Shown: positions 37,953-50,294 of the stretch, in pieces | Layout: every line of letters begins with the position of its first letter | How positions within the stretch are numbered: position 1 is the stretch's first letter | Assembly (NCBI GenBank): GCA_040437565.1 | Contig: JBDOQK010000036.1 | Coordinates: 1-64,000 of the forward strand | From: Albugo candida | Lineage: Eukaryota | DNA: 64,000 bases | Direction of reading: 5' to 3' | Translations under genes and position numbers: made by a program | The notes under the pieces: generated by a model | Database searches by the model: none | The model's input: the letters and a program-made list of their open reading frames with translations, nothing else | What the model was told of the DNA's origin: nothing

Positions 37953-38063
37953 ACTATGCCGATTTATGTTCTGTTCATGATGCAATCCTGAAACGACACG
38001 AAAGCTGTTACGTCATCGATTTGTTAGCAGTTAGCAAACACTGCTTTTGAGCGCTTAACGGAA

Positions 38064-39815
38064 ATGGAACTGGAATGTGCAGATTCTCAAGCGCTACTAC
38101 TCGCTGCGCACAGCTTTGATGACAGAGTGAATTCGAAAACTAGTGGAACCACGAATCATCAACCTAATAGCACAATGAATTCTCCTGATTCTACATCGTC
38201 TTTTAAAAATGCCTCAAAAGTGGATACTTCTCTCCAGCGTCACCATCACGACAACCTGTTTACGTATTTGCTTGGTATAAATATTGCTGTAGTAATTTTT
38301 CTGGCGGTAACAAGACTTGGAATTAGATCCCTACTCATTCATTACCACTTTCTTTATTTGTAGCTTGCATTTGGCCTACCAAATGTGTCAAATTTGTATT
38401 TTACGATTCATCCGAGCGCTTCATCTCATGGAATCAAGTTATTTAGTATCGTTATCCTTACTTCCGTCCTCGCCACTTTTCTATCATTTCTTTGGATGGA
38501 GGTTTTGCAACGTCACGCGTTGCATGTACTTTCAGCAACAGTTCGGGTGAGTATTCTTGTCTGCCTTGCGCTCGGAACTATCAGCTTCTTCGATGCCGGA
38601 GTTGGCGGACGAGCGATTGGTTTTTTCAACATATTTTCTGCATTCTTCTTGTTTCTATACTATATGAGCTCTCGTCCTTCTATGGCTTTTGCATCATCAA
38701 ATTTACGTCTCGGAGTACAAATACTGCAAAAATTCCCGCAGGTGTTTTATTTCACGGGAAAAGTGGTTCTTGTACAAGGGATTTGGACAGTCATATGGCT
38801 TGGCGGCGTTCTTGGGATTCTTTCCATGTTGACTTATCGGCTACATGATGCCAACGGTTATGGATATGCAGCGATCTTTTTTCTTTTACTGAGGTATCTG
38901 TCCCTTTTTGTACAATCTGACAATCTCATATAGTCTCTATTGATTTGAAGCTATTATTGGGCTGCACAAGTATGCAAAAATGTAGTACATTGTGTTGTGG
39001 CAGGAACGGTTGGCGAGTGGTGGTATGGATCAAGCAATTCAGAAAGTGTATCACGAGCCAAAGTGCGCACATTGTCGACTTCATTCGGCTCAGTATGTCT
39101 TGGTTCCCTCATCGTTGCAGTTTTGAGTACAATTCGTACTTTTTTCGATCTGTTCCCACGACGTGGAGGAAGACAAAGTGCCAATGCTTGTTTGGATTGG
39201 ATTATTACCGTTGTGATGCATCATGCTCAGTATTTCAACAAATTTGCATTCTGCCATGTTGCGATGTATGGAAGCAGTTTAGGAAAGGCTGGAACAGATA
39301 CCTTTGCATTACTTCGAAACCGTGGATGGACCGCGCTTGTGAACGACAGCTTGATTTCTAACGTGCTTTCAGTTGGTTGTTTGTTGGTCGGGCTCTTGTC
39401 AGGAGGTATCGGCGCTTCCTGGCTGTATTTGACTTTGAACTGTACCGAAACAGAAGCCGCTTTGCATCCAGAAGAGTGCGGTAAGTAACATACTCGCTAC
39501 TAATTCTACGTATTTATGTCTGCATGCAACAGAGACTTTTAGCGTTGTGATTTTGAGCTTTGTGATTTGCAGCACAACGGCATTTGCGATTTCCTCCACT
39601 ATTTCCTCTGTGTTGGAAAGCGTCGTTATAACAGTTTTCATCTGCTTTGCTGAGGTACGACACGATACAATGCCAAAGTTTGAGTTTGATTGTCTTAACT
39701 TATATGCTTATACAAGGATCCCGCTGTGTTTGAACGATACCACCCACGAGAGCACTTGGAGCTTGTGACGGCCTGGTCAACATATAAGCCCGATTTATTT
39801 TTACAGAGTGTGTGA
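38064..39815 (+). CDS. Choline transporter-like (CTL/SLC44/PNS1 family) membrane protein, multi-exon
   Basis: Multiple TM segments; YYWAAQVCKNVVHCVVAGTVGEWWY, TSFGSVCLGSLIVA, YFNKFAFCHVAMYG, ESVVITVFICFAE-DP. Confidence 0.92.
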
Positions 39816-40288
39816 TTTATATACGCATTTCCTTTCATACTTTCGTTGCAATCAGCGCTGATGCATTTCGCACAACTAATGCAATGGTAGCCTGATAAAA
39901 CTTCAAACCTTTCATTGAGCTGGCTAAGAGTATTGGCCGCTAACGGAGCTCTTCATCCGTGCGTCTAATCTTGCAGGCTTCCATCATGTTCTAAAGTACT
40001 CTGTACTCCTTAATAGAACGCTCAGGCTATTGAACAAATGTGAAACCTAACTTGATCCGGCTGCTTTCGTTCTCAAATTAGGTTGCACGAATGTCGCATA
40101 AAGTATATCCCTAAAGAAAGGCAAAAAAGCGGCAGTGAGAGAATTGGCAGAACAAAGGTATGGTTGTGGTGATAATGATCATTCGCATTTTGTAGAGTAG
40201 GCCAACGCTGTAATCTTACAAGTAGCTTCTTACTTGTATCGCAAGTCTGACATTTTTCCATTCTTTTCACGCAGAGAAATCGACGAAA

Positions 40289-41015
40289 ATGGGAGCAATT
40301 TTACAGAAGATGTTACAAACCTTTTATACGAAAAAGATCGAGGTCGTGCTCGTTGGTCTCGAAAACAGGTCAAACAGCTCTCATATAATCCCACTTCTTT
40401 CTGATGTGCTGACAGAAATTCATTTCAGCGGAAAAACTACACTTCTTAATGTGATGGCGATGGGACATCCAGTAGAAACATGTCCGACAATCGGACTGAA
40501 TGTAAAACTAGTAAAAAAAAGCGGTGTGCAAATGAAATGTTGGGATATTGGGGGTCAAGCACAATACAGAACAGAATGGGGAAGATACACAAGAGGCTGT
40601 GACGTCATCATCTATGTTGTGGATGCGAACGCCGTAAGTTCAAAGTGAATATTATCTATCAGTATTGATAGTAACTTTTTGCTTCATTTAGTTTGATCAG
40701 ATATCTTTGGCGAGGAAAGAACTACACCGCCTGCTAGAAGACCGGTTCGTCGTACATTTTTGCATCTCATGAGTTTGCTTCCGTTACAATTTCTTGTGTT
40801 GTATGGTTCGCAGTGAGCTGGCGACAACACCATTGCTAGTTTTGGCAAACAAGATTGACTTGGAACCACACATATGCGAACCCGAGCTTATTCGCGAGCT
40901 GAATTTGGATTACGTTGTAGACAATCCGTGGCTCATGATTCCGTGTTCTGCGTTGCGGCTTGTCAATATCGATCAAGTCATTCAGTGGTTGATGAAACAG
41001 TCCGGAAAAGGATAG
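40289..41015 (+). CDS. ARF-like small GTPase of the Arl8/Arl18 group (4 exons)
   Basis: MG start, GLENSGKTT P-loop across an intron, PTIG, WDIGGQ, LANKID. Confidence 0.92.
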
Positions 41016-41455
41016 AGAGGGTTTTTGTTACATGTCTCTTCGGAATGTTTTCTCAATGCAGCACTTTGCCCGTGTCCTCTGATTGCTCGCTCGGACCTTT
41101 TTCTTCGCCACTAATTCGAGTCAAGGCAGTATCTCCTCATGCACACGACTATCATTGTTAATCACTGCACTGCTTAATGTACAGATGTCACGATTGCAAT
41201 CTAAGCTTTGAAGACGTGTTCATATTGCTCAAACATAGAGCTTATCTGTCAAAGAAGAGCTGAGCATTTGCAATTCGCATTCCTGCTTCGTCTGCGTCAA
41301 AATGCAGAGATAGTGAAGGGCCGAAATCGTGGCTACGTGCATGTGCGCCTACTGTTACAGATGTGCATCTTTCATTCCCACGACATTGCCAGCCGTCTGG
41401 AGTGGTAGAGCACGGTACATACCAGTATCGCCCGATAGCCGCAAATTCAAAATAA

Positions 41456-43095
41456 ATGTTACACCGACGAGTCTCAAGTAGAGCATTCCACCAAACGATT
41501 TGCTTTAATAAATCCATCACACGTTCGATGAGCGCTTATCGCAGCGAATCCGACTCTATTGGGACAATCCAAGTCGATGCAAGCAAGTATTGGGGAGCAC
41601 AAACTCAGCGAGGCATTCAAAACTTTCCAATTGGAGGGGAACGCGAACGAATGCCGCTTCCCGTCATAAAGGGTACACTATCACGAAATACAACGAGAAA
41701 TAGCAAAGCAACTCACTGTTTGTTTTAGCTTTTGGAGTGATAAAAAAATGTACCGCGAAATACAACATGTCTAAAGGTAAATTGGATCAATCGATCGGGA
41801 ATTCAATCATCAGAGCTGCCGATGATGTGATTAATGGAAAACTAAATGAGCAATTCCCTCTGGTGACTCAAATGCGTCTTATTTTATATACCCGCATGCT
41901 AATGTGACGCAAATTAGGTGGTCTTCCAAACAGGCTCAGGCACACAAACGAATATGAATGTGAATGAAGTCATCTCCAATCGTGCCATTGAATATTGCGG
42001 TGGAGAAATGGGAAGCAAAGTTCCCGTTCATCCTAATGATCATGTCAATATGGGCCAATCGTCGAATGATTCTTTCCCGGCGGCGATGCACGTCGCTGCC
42101 GTCCAGGAAATCCACCGGATTCTGCTGCCAGGACTGAGAAAGTTACATGATGCTCTGGACAATAAAGTGAAAGAGTTTCAGGATATCATCAAAATCGGAC
42201 GCACACACACGCAAGATGCAACGCCGATGACATTGGGTCAGGAGTTCTCTGGGTATCGTGAGGTAAGTTGTTATCAGATGATGTGTTGAAGTGGTGTTAA
42301 TGTCGATACTGCGCTCCACAGCAAATTGCATTGAGCATTCAACGAGCTGAAGCTTCACTGACAAACTTGTACAAGCTTGCGCTCGGTGGAACTGCTGTCG
42401 GCACAGGGCTTAATACCTCAAAAGGATACGATGTCGAAATCGCCAAATATATCGCCGAAGAAACAGAATTACCTTTTATCACAGCACCCAATAAATTTGA
42501 AGCGCTTGCAGCACATGATGCGGTCGTTGAAGCGAGCGGGGCAATGAACACGATCGCATGCTCACTTATGAAGATAGCGAATGATATCCGTTTTCTCGGA
42601 TCGGGACCGCGAAGTGGCTTGGGTGAGCTCACCCTTCCAGCAAATGAGCCTGGCTCCTCCATTATGCCCGGCAAAGTGAATCCAACGCAATGTGAAGCCA
42701 TCACAATGGTGTGTGCACAGGTCATGGGTAATCATGTAGCCGTCACCGTCGGTGGGTCAAATGGCCATTTTGAATTGAATGTGTTCAAACCAGTAATGAT
42801 AAGCAATCTTCTTTCATCCATTCGATTGATCGGTGATAGCGCAATTGCCTTTACGGATAATTGTGTCACCGGCATCATTGCGAATAAGGATACTATTGAT
42901 CGATTGATGAAGAATTCCTTGATGCTGGTCACTGCATTGAATCCTCACATTGGGTACGACAATTCTTCCAAGGTCGCAAAGAAAGCTCATCAAGATGGAA
43001 CCACGTTGAAGGAAGCAGCCATTGAGCTGGGATTCCTAACCGGCGAAGAATTTGACCGTTTGGTGCGTCCTCAAGACATGATTGGACCCAAATGA
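41456..43095 (+). CDS. FUM1: Class II fumarate hydratase, mitochondrial (4 exons)
   Basis: [63 protein letters not shown]; Arg-rich presequence. Confidence 0.97.
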
Positions 43096-43446
43096 GTGCG
43101 ATAATATGAAAGATGATGAAACTATAGCTTTCGAGGTTATATTTGTTGTGCATCGGGAACATCATACTTTTCTTCTTTTTGAATGCTCTTCTGATTCTGT
43201 AAGGAATATACCGCTGCCTGGAAGGGAAGATACAGAGAGCTCTACATAGATGTACACACGTNNNNNNNNNNNNNNNNNNNNNNNNNNNNNNNNNNNNNNN
43301 NNNNNNNNNNNNNNNNNNNNNNNNNNNNNNNNNNNNNNNNNNNNNNNNNNNNNNNNNNNNNAAAACTAGTTGTCGAAGGTATTCGCTCTTGATGAGATAT
43401 AAGATTATGTAAAAGCAAGAAATCGAAGACTTTTGGAGACAGCGTC

Positions 43447-45069
43447 ATGTGGATGCAGAAATCATTGGAAGGTATGAGTATCGCTTCTCCTGGAAGTCGT
43501 TTACACTCGCGCAACAACCAACCAGTATCTACATCAATGTCTCAATCGAATGGAAGCAGTCTGCAAGGGTATGGAGACCGTCCGTATGTCGTGGATCAAG
43601 ACAATGGCACATGGAAGTCGAAACTAATTGAAAGCGGCCAGTGGCTTGGTGAGAAAGTGATCGAGTATGGAGGCAGAATTGTTCGTGGAAACTCTCACAG
43701 CTCAATTCCCAATCAATTGGCACAGCAACAGCCTCGGAATGATGGTCGTGCTAATTGGATGGCTGACATCCGCAATTCGTCTTCGTCATACGTGGCGTCC
43801 TCTGTCGAAGGCGGGTGTATGGCGTATCAGAATGAATTTAAAACGACGCGACCATCGGCGTATTCGGACTCGATGGCATTCGGAAATACTCCCACGTCAA
43901 TGGCTGATACGCAATCGCCAGATTTTCACAGTGAGTTACGAAAGGGTAAAGTGAAAAGCAAGTCGAAGCGGAATAGACAGAAAGAGAAGAAAGATAAGAC
44001 AAAGAACAGGAAGAAAAAAGCTGACGATGGATTTGACTCAGCGTCGTATTCGGAATCAGATAAATCGATGCCTGATTCCAAGTCCTCGTTTTATTCAGAC
44101 TCGTGTTCCGAAAGCGACTCGAAAAGCTCAAGAGTTAGGTCGAGAAAAGCTGTCGACAAAACGAAAACAGCGCATGTGAATAGACATACGCAAAAAGTTA
44201 CAAAGAGTAAGAAGTATCCCAAAAGCTCGGCCTCTGTCAGCACTACAAATATGAATGCCGGCTCTATCGATTTTCACGAGAAGAAATCAAGAAATCTTCG
44301 TACAAAAAAGCGAGAGAAAAAGTCTATTAGCGCGCGTAAGGATCACAACAAGTCATTAAGTGATTCAACGCCTAGCGAGAAAGTCGTTACGAGTACGAAG
44401 AAAAGCATTAGACGGAAACACAAAACTCAGCAAAGTGTCCAAGTTGTCGATTTGCTTGGCGTTGAAGAACTGGTGATTGATGGTCCTAACGTGACTCGCA
44501 CTATAGCAAGTCAAAGCGTGGCACCTCTCAGCGACATATTCAGTCCGCAAGAACCCGAGTCTGTGGTATTGGAAAGCCTTAACGACTTGCATTTTCCCGC
44601 AAAGGCCGAAAAGCATACCGAATCGGCTGTACTTTCAGGAACGACAACACGTACCAGCACAGCAGCTTCCAATATGGTACTTCCGGCAAGTGCAGATACG
44701 GTGAAGAATGTGGACACCCCAACTTGCAGCATATTGCCCGAGAATAATCTGGTCAACTTGGATGCATTGGTGGCTGATAAAAGGAGTGATAGCGAGCATG
44801 GTGCTACTTCAAAGAAAAGTCTGAACGATTTGAGAAGAGAGCATCAGCAAGAACGGCCGATCTCATCGATGAACGCCATGTCGAATCCAACCGACCCAAG
44901 GAATATTTCTTATGTGATGGTGCCCGTGTCAATGTCCATGCCGTTCGCATCCGTGCAGCAAGCTCCGCAACAACTGCACTCGCAAAGTCCTCAGCATGTC
45001 CCAGTTTTCGATCAGCATCGCTATCATTCACACATTTCAACCTCTCACGAAGAACAACGGCGATTGTGA
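43447..45069 (+). CDS. Uncharacterised low-complexity S/K-rich protein (540 aa)
   Basis: Long single ORF; VVDLLG and NNLVNLDAL resemble clathrin-adaptor tail motifs; 5' exons may lie in the gap at 43262-43361. Confidence 0.75.
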   Translation: MWMQKSLEGMSIASPGSRLHSRNNQPVSTSMSQSNGSSLQGYGDRPYVVDQDNGTWKSKLIESGQWLGEKVIEYGGRIVRGNSHSSIPNQLAQQQPRNDGRANWMADIRNSSSSYVASSVEGGCMAYQNEFKTTRPSAYSDSMAFGNTPTSMADTQSPDFHSELRKGKVKSKSKRNRQKEKKDKTKNRKKKADDGFDSASYSESDKSMPDSKSSFYSDSCSESDSKSSRVRSRKAVDKTKTAHVNRHTQKVTKSKKYPKSSASVSTTNMNAGSIDFHEKKSRNLRTKKREKKSISARKDHNKSLSDSTPSEKVVTSTKKSIRRKHKTQQSVQVVDLLGVEELVIDGPNVTRTIASQSVAPLSDIFSPQEPESVVLESLNDLHFPAKAEKHTESAVLSGTTTRTSTAASNMVLPASADTVKNVDTPTCSILPENNLVNLDALVADKRSDSEHGATSKKSLNDLRREHQQERPISSMNAMSNPTDPRNISYVMVPVSMSMPFASVQQAPQQLHSQSPQHVPVFDQHRYHSHISTSHEEQRRL

Positions 45070-45207
45070 GCATGTGGTCAAATGATAGAATGACAGCAAC
45101 AAATCGATGTTTGGACCATTGTCAATGTACTTGTGATCTTTTTATTGATATTATCAGTCGTCCTTTGACCAAAGCGGCCGTCAAGTCTGAACGATCAATA
45201 ATCACCC

Positions 45208-47141
45208 TCAACTAGTCGTACTCGTGTGCATCCCGTTCGCGAGAAGCATGTGGTGTGCCTGACGGTCTACACTACTTGTTTTCTTCCCTGATGGCTCCAC
45301 TCGGCCATTGGGATGATCTATATCAACAAATGCCATGTCGGGTCGTCGCCGAAATGACTTTTGCTGATTTACAAAAAGACGATCTGTATCCTGTGTGAGT
45401 CCATGCACTCTTTCTATTGCTGATGTGCCTGTAGTCGAAAGTATGCTGCTTGTTTGTGCACGTGTTCGCATGTTTGTGGCTGCTAGACGTTTCGCCTGCA
45501 AATGCGTTGGACTTATCCGATGTAAGATCTTGAGTGCGACAGGAATGCTTTGGCCAGTGGGGAACGAGCGAGGAGACTTTTCCACTTTTGTTCTGGTGCT
45601 TTCTAATCGATTCAGTCGCAGTCTTCCAGTTGTCCCCGTTGGTGTGTTTGTACCGAAAGCGGTGAAAGCTGGCGCTGTCGATCCTGTACCAGCATTGTCC
45701 TGGCGTGGAGGTGATTTCAATACGATGGACGGTAGCTTTTCATCGTGAGCCGTGTTGCTACTTCCAACAATACTTTTGATCGGGGAGGGAGCACTCGAAA
45801 CGCATTCTCCTTCGTCTTCCGATTCCTGGCTACGCGTCGGTTGGATGCTGAGAGAATCGATTGCAAGTGTTGTGCTTGAGATACCACGCACCCAAGAATG
45901 AGTGAAAATCTCGGGAATTGTCGCACGTTCGTTCGGGTCCAATTTGAGCATTTGTGCAATGAGATCTATCCAAATGAAATGTCAGCACTCATCAGCGATG
46001 GAAAGATGGTAGCGTACCGGTGACACAAGGGCTCAAATGGTCATCCAATTTGTATTGACATTGCATGATTCTACTCCGAATCACACTCTCTCTTGGTCTG
46101 TTGGAGCCCTGCAGATCCGGTCCTTCGAATGGTAATCGTCCACAAAGAATTGCATACAAAATCACTCCAAGGCTCCATACATCTAACGGAGGTCCTGCGT
46201 TGGAAGTACCACGAAATACTTCGGGAGCCAGGTACGACAGAGAGCCACAACTTGTCTTCATCATCGCCCCAGGCTTGTAAAAATCGCTAAGTCCGAAATC
46301 TGCGATTTTCACCATTGATATATCATTTTTACTGCATAGAGTATCAGTACATGAGAGACTATCATTCGATAACGACACGAACTTTGAAAGTAAGATATTC
46401 TCAAGTTTGAGATCTCGATGACATATATGTTGATTGTGCGCGTACCCGACCCCGGCGAGGATCTGATTGAACAAATCGACCCCTTCCTCTTCGGCTATGT
46501 AGCCACCAGGAACATTCCGCAGATAGTGAAACAAATCGCCGCTGACCACATGATACATTAAGATGCCGAGAGCACACGGAATTACACGACGTACCCTTCG
46601 AGTAATTCGATCAATAGCACGACGTGATTTGGTTCATTCACCACACGATTGAGTTTGATGATATTGGGATGATTGAGTGCCTTTACGCAAACGTCGATAA
46701 ATCAAAGATCCATCAATCTTGGCTGGAACGTACCGTCAGACACTGAATTTCGGTTGTTGTTCTTTCGACGTCTCCAAGCGATCCCATTTCGCTTTTCTAA
46801 GATCCAAAAGTGCTCAAATATAAACAACTTGCAATTCAAATATCACGACAAACCAGAATGAATTTCAGCGCTACTTTATCATTTGTCAATTGATGGGTTC
46901 CAAGCCGTACCTAACACTGCATTAGATGACCGTAATCAATAGTGCATTTACTCACTTCTCCAAAGCCTCCACGACCCAATAAAGCTCCCACTTTGTACCC
47001 ACTCACCACATTATCACGATCATCCACTGAGCACTGAGCATCGTCTCTATTCGATGGGGCTTTAAACGGCATTCCAGTCGAAAAAAATAGCAAATCATTC
47101 TCTTCGACACACATAATGTCATCAAGCTCGGCGCCTTCCAT
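45208..47141 (-). CDS. CAMK-group (AMPK/MARK-like) Ser/Thr protein kinase, multi-exon
   Basis: LGRGGFGEV, VALK, LNHPNIIKL, HRDLKLENILL, KIADFGLS, TSCGSLSYLAPE, DVWSLGVILYAILCGRLPF, MLKLDPNERAT. Confidence 0.95.
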
Positions 47142-47711
47142 CGACAAATTGCATCAAAGTATGCAAAAGAGCGATACTCTCAGTGTAAAATACCATCAGC
47201 ATTGAAAACTCGTGAGGCCATCGGAACCATCTCAAGCCGTTGGGAGGCAGCACATAGAAACTCATCCCACGACCAATGATGCTGAATAAATAACGCTAGC
47301 ATTGCAAATGTAACGTTGATTGACACGCAAAAAAAGAGCCGCTGTACCCTTTGGATTCTCAAAAATCCCATTTTTATACGCTTTTATTGGCTTTCCTTGC
47401 ACTGCATGCTCATGAAAGCCATCAATTGCATCGAAATCCACCATTTTAGACGCGACAAAGCTCAAAATTGAAACGTGTAGCGGTCTCTATACAGAATTTT
47501 ATTGCATGTGCACTTCCTAACAGCGAACGCGGTTGCACTTGTAACTATTGTTTAAGAGAGCACGTTCGATGCATAAATTTTTGCTATTAAAGTCAGACGC
47601 CATCCTTCCTAAAATAGATAGAGACGGCGTTACGGAATTCGGCAAAATAAAGCGATTATGGGACCCATTTTGTGAGGTGATGTGCACTGATACTTAAACG
47701 AAACAAGTAAC

Positions 47712-48506
<795 letters not shown>

Positions 48507-49396
48507 ATTCTTATGGGAGTGAGAAGAACTTTGCTAGAGACTCGCTCACATTGGAAGGATAACAATCAACATAGTCTGTTTCTACCTGATGCTTCCGAGT
48601 GTGCCATTACAAATATACTGTACTTAGCGGCCGAGAATAGAGCATTCTTTATCGCTGGTCGTGAATACGACATCACCACTGCGCTCATACTCCAGTTTAT
48701 GATGTGACGACCCCGCTCTGAGGCCGCGGTACATCTGCAGGNNNNNNNNNNNNNNNNNNNNNNNNNNNNNNNNNNNNNNNNNNNNNNNNNNNNNNNNNNN
48801 NNNNNNNNNNNNNNNNNNNNNNNNNNNNNNNNNNNNNNNNNCTATAACAACGTCGGAGCGTATTTCCTAACAGATTTTCACGAAGCTGCGGATTGGACGC
48901 GACGTTTTGCATAAATTCTTATGGGAGTGAGAAGAACTTTGCTAGAGACTCGCTCACATTGGAAGGATAACAATCAACATAGTCTGTTTCTACCTGATGC
49001 TTCCGAGTGTGCCATTACAAATATACTGTACTTAGCGGCCGAGAATAGAGCATTCTTTATCGCTGGTCGTGAATACGACATCACCACTGCGCTCATACTC
49101 CAGTTTATGATGTGACGACCCCGCTCTGAGGCCGCGGTACATCTGCAGGGAATTCAATGCAGGAATTAGCGAATGTCGTCGTGCCACCTCTGATCGTGTA
49201 TCGACTGACACTATGAGCACACGATTTGGAACCGATGGTATACGAATTGTGCCGATAGAATTGCGTTCTAAGGGAAGCAGAATTGCTCGAAGCGCTGTTT
49301 ATGACTTGAGCACATGTGACAAGCAATGATTGAAATCGGAAAGAATGCTCGTAAATTAAAATGTCAGTATATATTGCAATCTGACAGAAGTATACG

Positions 49397-50118
49397 AAAA
49401 GGATGTTGGGAGCGTTTCATGGTCCAAGCAAATTGCAGCAAGAACTCCACACAATATCTCCACGTTGATCTAGCACTTTCGACTTGCGCAAACTCCTTCT
49501 CTCTTAGTTCGACTGTCTATCGATCAATTACGTCAAAAAAACGTTTGATGTATCACATTGCTGCGGACATCAGACTGTAGGAAGCGTAATCTTGAAGAGC
49601 AAAAAGACAACGGAAATAGAGAAGCGGGAGATGAGCAAGCCGGCAGCTTCCATGCCTTCAGAAGTCACACATGGCGCTGCATCAGTGCGTTCCATTCATT
49701 TTTTTTAANNNNNNNNNNNNNNNNNNNNNNNNNNNNNNNNNNNNNNNNNNNNNNNNNNNNNNNNNNNNNNNNNNNNNNNNNNNNNNNNNNNNNNNNNNNN
49801 NNNNNNNNAAAAGGATGTTGGGAGCGTTTCATGGTCCAAGCAAATTGCAGCAAGAACTCCACACAATATCTCCACGTTGATCTAGCACTTTCGACTTGCG
49901 CAAACTCCTTCTCTCTTAGTTCGACTGTTTATCGATCAATTACGTCCAAAAAACGTTTGATGTATCACATTTCTGCGGACATCAGACAGTAGGAAGCGTA
50001 ACCTTGAAGAGCAAAAAAACAACGGAAGTAGAGAAGCGGGAGATGTGCAAGCCGGCAGCTTCCATGCATTCAGAAGTCACACATGGCGCTGCATCAGTGC
50101 GTTCCATTCATTTTTTAA
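49397..50118. repeat. Gap-flanking duplication with ~10 differences (49397-49708 vs 49809-50118)
   Basis: About 310-bp copies around 100 N, with substitutions such as GTCTAT/GTTTAT, ACTGTAG/ACAGTAG, ATGAGC/ATGTGC. Confidence 0.85.
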
Positions 50119-50294
50119 TTTAATTTGATGCTCTACCACACAAAACTGGTAAATAACTGTTATGAAATCGAAAGCATCTACGAGTCATTTCTTCCTACAT
50201 TTTAATGCAATTTTTCGCTATCAAAAACTGTTAGGAATAATGTCACACCATCATCTATGCATACGTTATTGTCCAAACTCTCTGCACGCTGTCG

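Noticed and set aside
42339..42932. Antisense ORFs over fumarase (likewise over ATP2, the kinase and WD40 genes)
   Set aside because: Explained by codon bias of the sense gene; no independent motifs.
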